DNA of 64,000 nt from Cyanidioschyzon merolae (taxonomy: Eukaryota): NCBI GenBank assembly GCA_000091205.1, contig AP006496.2; one strand, given 5' to 3'. Below, piece by piece: positions 8,796-19,417 of the stretch. The notes below the pieces were generated by a model. The model was not told the DNA's origin, ran no database searches, and saw nothing but the letters and a program-made list of their open reading frames with translations. How positions within the stretch are numbered: position 1 is the stretch's first letter; every line of letters starts with the position of its first letter. Position numbers and translations under genes: made by a program.

Positions 8796-10154
8796 AAGTT
8801 CGCGACCGAAGTGCCGTTGTCGCCCACGATGCGGCGCGCTCTCGCGCTAGCGGAACGGACGGACGGAGCACTGTGCGGGCCCGACGCGTCCAAACTCGTA
8901 GTAGACCGGGCGCCCGTGGTCGACAGTTCCGGTCATTCGGTGCGTGCTCGGGAAGTTCTTGGGGTACACAGCTTTTACGCGCGGGGGTCGAACTTCCAGA
9001 TTCGACAACCCGCTGGCTCGCAGGAGTTTGGGGTCACGTTCACTGACCATATGCTCCTTGTTCGTTATCGCGGTGGCCACTGGATGGATCCGCTGATAAC
9101 CAGTCGTCGCCCGCTTGAGCTGGATCCGGCGAGCTCGAGCCTGCAGTACGGCTTGCAGATTTTTGAGGGTTTGAAGGCGTACCGGCCTGACCCGGTTGGG
9201 CCCGAGACCGAGGACGTTGTGCGGCTCTTCAGGCCCCAAGAGAACCTCCAGCGTATGTATCGCTCCGCAGCGCGCCTTGCACTCCCGCTTTTTGACACCG
9301 GCTCCATGCTGAGGCTAATCGAGGAGTACGTCCGCATCGAGGCGGACTGGGTACCAGTACGCGCGCCAGACGAGAACTTCAGAGCGGTGTCTTTGTACCT
9401 GCGGCCTTGCCTCATTTCAACGGACGCACGACTGGGTGTACGACGCGCGGAAGAGGCGCTCTTCTATGTGATCGCCTCTCCAAGCCTGGGCGGTTATTAT
9501 AGCGCAGCGAACAACGCTGGCGTCACCTTGCTCGCTACAGAGGAGTTCGTACGCGCATGGCCAGGCGGTGTTGGCGACACGAAATGTGGAGGCAATTACG
9601 CGCTGAGTCTCGTGGCTCAAGAGCTTGCACACGCGGAGGGATGCCACCAGGTGCTTTGGCTAGATCCAGACCGGAACGTTACAGAGGCAGGGGTAATGAA
9701 CTTTTTCGCTGTCACTTCTTCGGGGGAGGTGGTGACGGCGCCGCTGAGCAAAGGCCTCATTCTGCCTGGTGTCATGCGCAGCGCGGTGATCCAGCTCATC
9801 GAGCAGGGCCGTTTCCCACCAGGTGCGAACCATTCGAGCTGGCGGCTTGTCGAGCGCAGCCTCTCTGTCGATGAACTTGTGCAGGGGATTGAGCAGGGCC
9901 GCATTGTGGAAGCATTCGGAACAGGTACTGCGGCGATGATATGCCCCGTGGCAGCTGTCAAGTACCGGGGCCGCACTTTTCGCCTTCCGGAAGCCTCTGA
10001 TGCCAAGCGACGGCTAACTTGGCAGCTCAGCCGGGCACTCGAGCACCTATTCTTCGATCCGGATCCGCATTTCGCAGCACATCCGTGGATTCATACAGTT
10101 CACGTCAGCCGAATACCACAGCACGCAAGCGCATCGCACACCCAGTTCGGATAG
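8715..10154 (+). CDS. branched-chain amino acid aminotransferase (fold-type IV PLP enzyme), probably organelle-targeted
   Basis: Track ORF starts at GTG 8589; the first ATG is residue 43 (8715), with an alternative ATG at residue 80 (8826). BCAT segments FGVTFTDHMLLVRY, LELDPASSSLQYGLQIFEGLKAYR and VEAFGTGTAAMICPV, with a C-terminal HPWIHTV like HEWMFPV of BCATs. The choice between the two ATGs is unresolved. Confidence 0.85.
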   Translation: MPLSEGGLYSGFRAVRGSFGGCLQWVRKFATEVPLSPTMRRALALAERTDGALCGPDASKLVVDRAPVVDSSGHSVRAREVLGVHSFYARGSNFQIRQPAGSQEFGVTFTDHMLLVRYRGGHWMDPLITSRRPLELDPASSSLQYGLQIFEGLKAYRPDPVGPETEDVVRLFRPQENLQRMYRSAARLALPLFDTGSMLRLIEEYVRIEADWVPVRAPDENFRAVSLYLRPCLISTDARLGVRRAEEALFYVIASPSLGGYYSAANNAGVTLLATEEFVRAWPGGVGDTKCGGNYALSLVAQELAHAEGCHQVLWLDPDRNVTEAGVMNFFAVTSSGEVVTAPLSKGLILPGVMRSAVIQLIEQGRFPPGANHSSWRLVERSLSVDELVQGIEQGRIVEAFGTGTAAMICPVAAVKYRGRTFRLPEASDAKRRLTWQLSRALEHLFFDPDPHFAAHPWIHTVHVSRIPQHASASHTQFG

Positions 10155-11269
10155 GCACCGCTGGGGTACCGCCGGGCGAACCATTTGTGTACATAGTCTG
10201 CAAAAGTGTTCTTAAAAATGGCCTCCCGCGCCCCGCGCATGAACCGCGTCAGGTAGGAGATATTATGGACCGTAAGCAGGTGCCCAACAACTGCCGGATC
10301 CCGGTTCACGAGCACGTGTAAGTACGCTCTGGAGTAGTGGCGGCAGCACTCGCACGGGCACTGCGGCTCTATCGGTCGCGAGTCCTTGAACATGGCAGCT
10401 GACTTGATCTTGAGCATACCGGGTGCTTCTGCATCGACCAGGGCGCTCCCGAATCGAGCCGTTCTCGCGGGATACACGCAGTCGAACATGTCGACACCCA
10501 GCGCAACGCATACGAGCAAATCCTCAGGATAACCAACCCCCATGCAATAGCGCGGCTTGTCGTGCGGTAGCTCTCTCGTGCAGAGTTGCACCACCTGCCA
10601 GAACTTGTCCTTCTCTTCGCCACCTGCGAGCCCGCCTATGGCGTACCCTGGTAGCTCCCGCGCGACGAGCTCCCGCAAACAGTACCGCCGCAGCTCGGGA
10701 CTGAGCCCGCCCTGAACGATCGCAAAGAGAAGCTGCTCACTGGGCCTTGCATGGGCGCCAATGCATCGGTCTAGCCAGCGCACCGTTCGAGCAGCTGCCT
10801 CGCGAAAGCGCTCTACGTTGCTGGCTGTCGTTGGCACCACGTCGTCGAGGGCCATAATGATATCCGCTCCAATCTGGTTTTGTAGCTGAATAGATAGCTC
10901 TGGGGTCAACAGGACCTGCGACCCATCGACTGGCGACTGAAAGTGGACACCAGCTTCGGAAACTGTCGCAAGACGAAGCAGAGATACCATCTGGAACCCT
11001 CCCGAGTCGGTGAGCACGTTTCTCGGCCAGTGTGCAAACGTGTGTACGCCACCGAGCGCACTGAGAACCTCCCCGCCGGGTCGAAGTCCCAGGTGAAACG
11101 TGTTTCCCAGAATAATATCCAGATCGAGGTCAAGAAGCTGGTCCGGGGTGAGGCCCTTCACGGTTGCCTGGGTACCGACCGGCATGAACACGGGCGTCCG
11201 CGTCGTGCCGTGTCGCAGGTGGAGGACCCCGGCCCGAGCACTTCCGTCCGTTGCCTGTAAGGTAAACAT
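10100..11269 (-). CDS. queuine tRNA-ribosyltransferase catalytic subunit (tRNA-guanine transglycosylase)
   Basis: Track ORF starts at TTG 11578. Homology begins at the ATG of residue 104 (MFTLQATDGSARAGVLHLRHGTTRTPVFMPVGTQ). Catalytic DSGGFQ and the zinc site CPCECCRHYSRAYLH are present. The 3' end overlaps BCAT by 55 bp on the opposite strand. Confidence 0.9.
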   Translation of the reverse strand: MFTLQATDGSARAGVLHLRHGTTRTPVFMPVGTQATVKGLTPDQLLDLDLDIILGNTFHLGLRPGGEVLSALGGVHTFAHWPRNVLTDSGGFQMVSLLRLATVSEAGVHFQSPVDGSQVLLTPELSIQLQNQIGADIIMALDDVVPTTASNVERFREAAARTVRWLDRCIGAHARPSEQLLFAIVQGGLSPELRRYCLRELVARELPGYAIGGLAGGEEKDKFWQVVQLCTRELPHDKPRYCMGVGYPEDLLVCVALGVDMFDCVYPARTARFGSALVDAEAPGMLKIKSAAMFKDSRPIEPQCPCECCRHYSRAYLHVLVNRDPAVVGHLLTVHNISYLTRFMRGAREAIFKNTFADYVHKWFARRYPSGAYPNWVCDALACCGIRLT

Positions 11270-12308
11270 CCCGCTACAGTAGACCGAGTGCAAGAGCCCA
11301 GATCGTCCAGAGGCCTGCTGGTCCTGCACGAGCACGAACGCAAACGCCGGGTGCCCGGTACTCCACGTCTGGCTGCACGGTAGCTTGTAGCCGCTCGTCG
11401 AGGTTATCGACGTCGCTGGCTCGTGCCTCAACGCCGAACTGTTCGAGAGAGGTTCCGAAGCCACCCGACAGCGCAGCGTGCTACGTCTGACGATACGGAC
11501 ACAGTCGTTCGACACGCTCTGGAGCTCGAGAGTAGAGGTTTGTCTGCGGACCAGTTGAGGATAGTGCCCGAGCAGCAACAGGCAGTGGTTGGTGAACGCG
11601 AATCAGGAGGGTTCTGGGTCGGTTCCTCTCGACCCGAAACGTTAAGGAGGTGCTCAGGCTGCACAGACAGTCAGCGCACTGCGTATACATAACAGGATAG
11701 CTTCGTGTGCCCCAGTGACGAAGGCACCAGCTTTGTCCAAGGAGTCGTTTCGCAGACGCTGGACGCACAGAGCAGCGTGCAACTGCCTCGAACAGGGTAC
11801 TGGAGTCGTTCTTCCGGAGGGCATAAGGAAATTGGCAGGTTACGCTACTCGTAGTGACGACGGCTTCGGGGACATACACCAGCGAAGTGGGGCAGTTCTG
11901 CGGCTTTTCGCGCTGCACTGGAGACGGTCTCAACGGAGATGAATGAGAACTTCTCCTTCGAGACGGACTCGGGCGGCGTAACTGAAGGGCGCTTCGCGAT
12001 AGAGGTATTTTACGGCGTGGAGTTGAAGGATCGGACCAGCTGTAGACGCGTCCGTACTAGTAGGAGACAGAGGACAAACAAGTCTGGTCTGCAAACCGCA
12101 GATCAGTGTGCGCTAACTTCGGCAGACTAGCGGCCAACCTGGACATGTAATGAGAATCTTTTAGATGCCACGCGCTGCAGTGTGTGGGCGGCGCTGTCTC
12201 GCTTGCGACTGCCCCCGGAAGAGGCCCGGTCCAGCGAGTGAGCCTGCGGACGCAACGTGTTTGGCAACGGAGCGCTTGGAGCGGCGTGACAAGGCCAGAT
12301 GAGCGCTC

Positions 12309-12442
12309 TACGCTATGTCGACCGTTTGCAAGGTTGGCTATATGAAGCGCTCACGCTGTACCTTGATCTGCAGTTAAACTGCGGTCGACCGTTTGCAAGG
12401 CTGGCTACGGGAAGCGCTCGCGCTCTACCTTGATCTGCAGTT
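12309..12442. repeat. 67-bp tandem repeat x2
   Basis: gtcgaccgtttgcaagg(t/c)tggcta...ccttgatctgcagttaaactg is read twice. Confidence 0.8.
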
Positions 12443-12811
12443 AAACTGTATTCATAAATCACTCTCACTGGAAGATGCGCTGCGAGCCGTTTGACAGCGA
12501 CGGCTTCCACTAGCATCGACCGATGCTGTGGACGTCCCATGGCCGGCGGAATCAGGTGTCTAAAAGTGACACACAAGGGGCGCTGGTAGCCAGCGTTCTC
12601 GGGTTCACAAGTGCTCCCGATATCGCAGCGTGCATGCTGCAGTGAAGCACGCTGCTCTTCCTGGTGTGTGTGCCGCTCGCGTCGGAGACCGTGCGATAGG
12701 CGCAAGGTCGTCAGCAAATCCCACAGGAATGCCGCTTTCTGAGCGTCGCGCGGATATGCCACTTGTTTAGGTGTGGCCCCGGCTTAAAAGGCGCTACCCA
12801 TCTATTTTATA

Positions 12812-13015
12812 GTGTATAGGATAATCGGGGCTAAGATAGGATCTCCAAGAATGCATTTGAAACGCGGTATCCGTCTCAATGGTGTAGGATAATTCAAGCT
12901 AAGCTGGGATCCCCAGGTGCGCGTTTGAAACGCGGTATCCGTCTTAATGGTGTAGGACAATCGAAGCTATACTAGGATCCCCGACTACGCGCTTCAACCG
13001 CACCACCAGTGCCGT
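12812..13015. repeat. ~68-bp degenerate tandem repeat x3
   Basis: gtgtaggataat...ggatcc...tttgaaacgcggtatccgtct(c/t)aatg is read three times. Confidence 0.75.
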
Positions 13016-13398
13016 ATCGAGGGCTGCGGTCGAGGCGAATCGCTCGATGCCCGGCACGACTGGACAGCAACGTGTAGCGCGTGCTGCTCGCTCAGGCACA
13101 GTTTCGTTGACCCCGGACGTCTGCCTCACGGCTGATCGATATCGTTACGCTTTTCGCGGCGCTTTCGAACGCGTGCTGTCCGTTTCGCGATCCCTGCGAT
13201 GAGCAAGCGGTACGCGATCTTGAAGGAAATGGCACACGCTGGGATGTCGGATCGCCGGCATCGATCTGCGCACGCGCCAGCGCGCCCTGGCGCATGCGTG
13301 CGCAACGGGCGCCTGATCAGCGGAGATTCGTGTTTTTGCTTGTTCGCAGAAGTAGCCCGCGTGCGGTTGCGATATCCTGAACCTGTGTTGCGCTCAAA

Positions 13399-13911
13399 AT
13401 GCCGGAAAAAGCGAGTCATCCGAAATATCTTGATATGGTGAAAGAGGCGATACGGAAGAATTATTCTGTGAAGGGCACAAGCCGACAGAAAATCAAGTCG
13501 TTTATTGAGCAGACGTACCATATTCAGGCCCTGAACAGCATTCTGCGAGCAACACTGGAGAAGGCTGCGACAGAGGGGGTAATTGAGAAGACGAGCGACG
13601 GCTCGCGGTACCGACTCACGAGCAAAGGACGCCTTTCCATGGAGAAGAAGAAGGAGAAAAAAATCCGTAAGCCGGCGAAAGTCACCAAGTCGGCGGTGAA
13701 GAAGGCGACTACTTCGAAAGCGAAGAAGCCGCGCAAGGCGGCCGTCAAAGTTAAGAAAGTCATCAAGCCGTCTATGAAGAAGACTTCGGCTCCGAAAGCG
13801 AAAAAGCTGGCAAAGCCTTCCAAGAAAGCAAGCGGTGCTGTGACGAAGAAGAGCGCTGCGAAACCGGCGAAGAAAGTCTCCATGAAGAAGGCGCCCAAGC
13901 CGAGCAAGTGA
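13399..13911 (+). CDS. linker histone H1
   Basis: ATG start confirmed. The N-terminal winged-helix globular domain HPKYLDMVKEAIRKNYSVKGTSRQKIKSFIEQTY is followed by a long Lys/Ala/Pro-rich tail (KKPRKAAVKVKKVIKPSMKK...). Confidence 0.9.
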   Translation: MPEKASHPKYLDMVKEAIRKNYSVKGTSRQKIKSFIEQTYHIQALNSILRATLEKAATEGVIEKTSDGSRYRLTSKGRLSMEKKKEKKIRKPAKVTKSAVKKATTSKAKKPRKAAVKVKKVIKPSMKKTSAPKAKKLAKPSKKASGAVTKKSAAKPAKKVSMKKAPKPSK

Positions 13912-15438
13912 GACAACTGGGGCTCGCGACCCAGCGATTCACCTCACAGAGGCATCGACGATACAATCCCGCCGGCGTTCAGCGACCTCTCCTCAACAGT
14001 CATTTGCACTCGGACTCTCAATTTCTCACTCCGATCCATGATAAAAAAGTCCCGCGTGGGGTCCGGTTAACCTGCGAGAACTGCCCCTCTTTTCGAATTC
14101 TACCACATGGTGCTTCCACCAGCGGTTTACACGCCGCCGCAGCAGCAGCAGCAGACAGCGCCTTGCACTAGAGCTTCTTCGGCATCGCTCGAAAATCGAC
14201 TGCCGCGTTCGCGACGCTTGCTGCGGTGTGTGCTCAAGCTTGTAGATGGCGCCGCACGGCCCAGATGAGCCAGTAGTCGTCAAGAGCGAAATGCGATGCC
14301 TTTTTCAGTGCTTGGGGGACATACGTGTGGCACGATAATGGCTCCCGACGCTCTGCCGTGTTCGAGTCGCGTATGCAAACAGATCTTCGCCCCGTCTGCT
14401 GCCGGCAAAATTGTTATTCGTTCCCGCAGTGCCTCCAACTGCTCCCAGTGCAAGTCTTTTCGACTCGTGTACAGTGCTTGGGAACGCAGGCCCTGTGCTC
14501 GTCCCAAGAGCCGTTCGGATACGCTAGCAAATCATCTGCGACTGCTTGGGATACTACGTGGGGAAGTATCGTTCTGGTTTTTTCATTCGTACCCAGAGAG
14601 CGTTTTCGCAGGGTCGCTTGTGATCTAAACCGCTCGTGGATGATGTTGGGCGCAGGTTCGCACGCCAGCGCACTGTGTGTGTGTATGTGAAGATTGAGTC
14701 ATAGTCGTCAGAGCGCCCAGCGGAGCGCGTGCTTTCGGTGAAACAGATCGCTTCAAGAATTGGACGCCGTCTCGAGGCCTGCCTGGTGCCTGCTCCACGT
14801 CATCCGAAAGAAACCTTCACATACGTGTTCAGCTCGAATGCTGTATTCGTAGCGTCCTCCTTATCCAATGTCATAATTAGGCCGAAAGACTGATACGTCC
14901 GCCATCAAGTTCTGTTGCCCAGCAAAAGACGTTCCAGGTGGCAGAGCAGAATCGCTTGAGCAGAGCTTTATCGGCTCCAGTCACTGCACGCTGCAAACAG
15001 TATCGATTACGAAGTAGATACACTAAGTAAAATCGAATAATGGAACACCTGTATCGTCTACAAGTTGCCTAGGAAGACCGATTCCGGTGTATCTATACGG
15101 CGCTCCAGCATCACTGGATTGCTTAACCGCACTACACCAGTGCCTTGCTTCATGCTTGGATCCAAACGTTCCCTCCTGGCCGCTGTTTCTTCATCGCATG
15201 GCTTCCGATTTTCAGCACAATGCCCGCAATGACTACGACACGACTTTTTCGATACTTCGCTTAACACAGAGTCTTGGGCGCTGCAGAAGCACGAGACATA
15301 TTCCGGATGTTGGTCGAGGCGTTGAACTCCCGGTGGAGAAAGTGCTTTTGCCCATGACTGCTGGGAAATGCGCACCGCAGTAAACCTGTCACCATAGACT
15401 ACCTTGCCAGCTGACGTGCGGTCAGCTTCACGTCCACC

Positions 15439-16347
15439 ATGTCGTACATTCGGACCTGTTCCTCTCTGTTTCTCAAGCTGCATCATCGTGCACCTCAGCT
15501 CGTGGTGCTTTCATGTCGTCCTGAACTTGTCCAAAGGAATCCTGCACAATCGGCTCCTGCATTCGTTTTACGCTCCGAGCGAAGGAGCATGAGTCCAGCC
15601 TTTGTGTTGAACAGCACGTTCAGCGTCATAGGCCATTACCAAACGACACGACGTATCGGTTATTTCCTTTTTCAACACAGTGAGCAAATTGGTGAATGCA
15701 CGCATCTTGCGAACGTGCAACCCGAAGCGCTGACGACACCAGTACGGTATCATGAACTCCTGCTAAATCTCATTCTCATATGCAATTTTGACGCTCGCAT
15801 ACTCCCTGAATCAAGTGATGAAAGTACGCCCTCTGCACGATACGGCGCCCAGAGCGTCGGCACAGGTCCGGACGGCATTCCTCAATCTGTTGGAATGTCC
15901 CGCGGCGTCTATGATGCCCAGCTGCAGATGATACTGAACGCTGGAAACCATGAGCAGCTTCCTGTGATATCCGTTCGGATCTTTGGATCCTTCATTATGG
16001 TTTGGAGGTACGTCGACGCTCATGATATTGCTGGACCTTGGATGCACGCCCACCACGAAGAGTTTCTTATCACCTACCGTGAACAGTTGGATACGACTCG
16101 CATTGTTCGACTCATGATTCGGTTTCCGATGAATTCGATGGAGATTAAGCCTTCGTTGGTCTGCAACGTTACTGTATGCTTCGTTCCGTTTTCGCCCGGT
16201 CTAGGAGAAATCTTGAGCGAGCTCTACCAATACATTTCGCGGACTCGTTTGAACTCTTCACATTTGCTTCCGGGTGTCCGCCCTAACCCGCTGAGGAGGC
16301 CACACAACATTGTAGACACTCATCTATGGCGATGTAATGAGCATTAA
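15439..16347 (+). CDS. hypothetical protein, no recognisable domain
   Basis: A 302-aa ATG-initiated ORF lying between recognised genes. It has no motif I can name and only moderate codon bias, so it may instead be a decayed element. Confidence 0.25.
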   Translation: MSYIRTCSSLFLKLHHRAPQLVVLSCRPELVQRNPAQSAPAFVLRSERRSMSPAFVLNSTFSVIGHYQTTRRIGYFLFQHSEQIGECTHLANVQPEALTTPVRYHELLLNLILICNFDARILPESSDESTPSARYGAQSVGTGPDGIPQSVGMSRGVYDAQLQMILNAGNHEQLPVISVRIFGSFIMVWRYVDAHDIAGPWMHAHHEEFLITYREQLDTTRIVRLMIRFPMNSMEIKPSLVCNVTVCFVPFSPGLGEILSELYQYISRTRLNSSHLLPGVRPNPLRRPHNIVDTHLWRCNEH

Positions 16348-19300
16348 TGTCACACATGGAAACCACATCCAAAATAAACACCAGAGGAGACGAGGACTCT
16401 CGAATTCGGGAAGGGAGTCGACCGCGCTCTGGATGGCTCTGCTCAGGAACACGTAGTGCTTCAAGATGGAATGTAGGTAGGTAGATATCACGTCTCAATT
16501 ATACATCGGATACGACGTCCGCTGGTCCGAGGCAGAGAGCAACACGATGAGCTTGGACAGCATGAAGCGTCTCTTGCTCTCGTTAACGCATCTCTTTGAA
16601 CTTCGCGACAAACTCCATCTCGTCCGTAGCCAGCAAGCCACTTGCCTACGTCCGCACCCGAAGAATCCCTTCATGTAATCCTCACTGTTCTGAGCCTCAA
16701 TAGTGACGCTATAATGACCACAGCGTGCGCTTCATGAAGCCCCGGTCATTGGCTTGAACATGGTTTTGCTTGTTGAGGTTGTTTTGAAACTTTCTGGCAA
16801 CTGCGGCGTACATGTTCCGATGGATGATGTGTAACGGCGAGGCGTCGGGGTAGTTTTGGAAGCGTGTGTACAAATCTCTAATCCTATGAACAAGCCGAAT
16901 GGCATCTTCTATCCGAAGCATCCGTTGCTGCAAGGAGGTTTGACAGAAGATTTCCTGAGGAATGCGGACAACTGGCAGCCCAGCGTCCGCAGCGCCCCTG
17001 AGCAGTTGCTTGGCGAGGTGTGTCAAGGAGAGGTAAGCATGGCGAGCTTCCGCCGAGGTGGAAGCTGCGCGAACCTCAACGGCCAGCTGCCTCATCCTTT
17101 TTGGAAGACTCACCAGCTTGATACGTTTTCTGTGGAAAGCCTCGACAACGAGTGCAGACTGATCTATCCGCTACCACAATTTTTTCTTCTTGTCCCTCCT
17201 CGCCCACTTTTCGGAAGGATCCTTCCCCTCTTCGTCTAGTGGTTTCCTCTCCCTCTCCACAAAGCGGTGTTGGTACCGATGCGGTCGATATACTTCATAT
17301 CTGTTTTTTCTCTGGGCTGAAACAGTCTCGGCGATAGATGGCAATGAAGCTCATCTATTCTGCGTGAGTGTCGATTTCTCCTGAAGCACCTCTTTGCCAC
17401 CGTATCTGCGGGCAGCGCGCTCGCGGTGCGGGGCACGCTTTCCCCTCCCTGATGCGCTCGAGCGGAGGAGCAAACCATCAGCTCAGAGCTGGTTACCATA
17501 GAAAAACACTCGTCCGAGAACGGTCGAGCGAACGACTTCTCGACTGATCTGTGAGCATGAAAGCGGAGTCTGCCGACAGAAAATTTACCTTCAACTGTTG
17601 TGGACCGAGGAGTTCAGGCTAGCACGAAGAACAGCTCACTACCTATTGCTGCAGCATACACCCAGACCGCCTTGGATCTCTACAAAGCGACGTTGTCTAA
17701 GTGCATAACAAAAGAATACGGGATGATGAAAGCACGTGGCGTGCTCCAGCGAACGATGAGATGTAGAAAGCCCGTCTCTTTGGGGATACTAAATTGAACA
17801 CACATCTGAGTCGCCGCTGGGGCTGATCTTGTCGACATTTGCGCTAGAATCTTCTGTAAGAGTAGCTTTGGCCCCATCTTCGCGTACCCGTATGCAAAGG
17901 TGTACCATTTCATCCGAGTGAAGTCGCATTGAGTGAGACGAGCTCCCTTGCTTCCAGTACAGAGTGTTCGATTTCCAGCACGAAATGGAGAGTATACTGC
18001 ACAACAAGCTATCCTCTCTCAGAGACGCACGTTTCTCTGTTGTTTATCTACCCTTCGTCACCTTTCGCATCTAAGGTCCCAAAAATTCACATCCCGTAGC
18101 TTCTCTGGAAGCTTTTCTGAGAGAAATACGCAGTGGAACAGACTGACGAAGAGATTAACCTGTCCATAGAGTTTGTTACGTTCTGTTCTAGGCACACGAC
18201 GTATAATGCTTGTTCTCCGAGAAGGATGGTTCATCCACCTGCTGCCCTGTGAGTGACCGACGTGCTCCATTAAGGCCGCCTTTCGTAAGCTCTCCGTGAG
18301 CATAAAGAGTCTTTTCGCGACTTTTGTCCGATCTACATGATACATTCCTTGTATTGGATAAGTGCAAGAAAAACAAACAAAATCGGAAAGGGCGTGCTGT
18401 TACAGGTACGCCAGAATTTACTGCCAAAGTGCACATGCTGTTTCAGTTCGTTTTCGCCCCGGCGCGCGAGCATATCGATCTTGCAACTGTCCAACGATGT
18501 AGATGCACTCATTTTCGACGCGAAGTGCAAAGAAAATGCGTACTGTTCGGAACAAGCCAACCTACAGTGAACGTAAAGCCAACGAGGGAGCCGCTCTGAA
18601 TCACATCGTGCAGCCTCGGCGTGAAAGAAACGAGAGGGGCGACGTCCCGATTCCGTATCTTGTGCATACGATCGAACTACTCCGACGCGTGGTATACGGC
18701 TCTTCATGCTCTGTCAGTGGCCTTCGTGCAGGAGAACGAACAATCTTGAAAGAGATTAGATCGAAGTATTCTCCGGAATAGGCCCTAAACAAATCGGTAC
18801 GCAGTCTATCCGCAGCATCTATCGAGCAACGTGTGCTGTACCTGATCATCCTCTGGTGCGGCTTGTGCTGGAGATGCGCAGCACTCTCGCGGCGTCCGCC
18901 ATAAAGTTCTGCTTTGAGCGCTTCTAGATATATCCTCGACAATGGAGCACCATGCCCACCGCGCGAGTCTCAATGGCACGTGAATGCCTCTCAGCCGTAC
19001 TGAATGTCCACTGCTGCCTACCACACAAATCCACTAACCAACTTGCGAGCTAAGGCCATAGGTGAAGGCCCGCGCTTCACTGGCATGTAATGCCGTGCCG
19101 AGGCAATCATCAAAAGGGGCGCCACTCGCGCGTTCTGCCCCGCTTCAGTGCGCTCCACCGCGCCGAAAAGCAACTCAGCGAGTACACGGTCAACCGATTG
19201 CGGAGATCTCTTCGTCGGCACAAGCCAGTGCTCGTGAGGCGGAGTCTCAATTTTAGGGCCCCATTTGGGCCCATAAAACGGCGAACTCTAGATATTGGAA

Positions 19301-19417
19301 GAAACGTTCAACTTCCTCCGTTTCTCCTGCGATGCACACAGCGCAGGTCAAGAGCAAGCATCCGTAAGCATTTGTACGGCACAAGGATTCTGGCAGATTT
19401 CGCACTCCTCCACAAAT

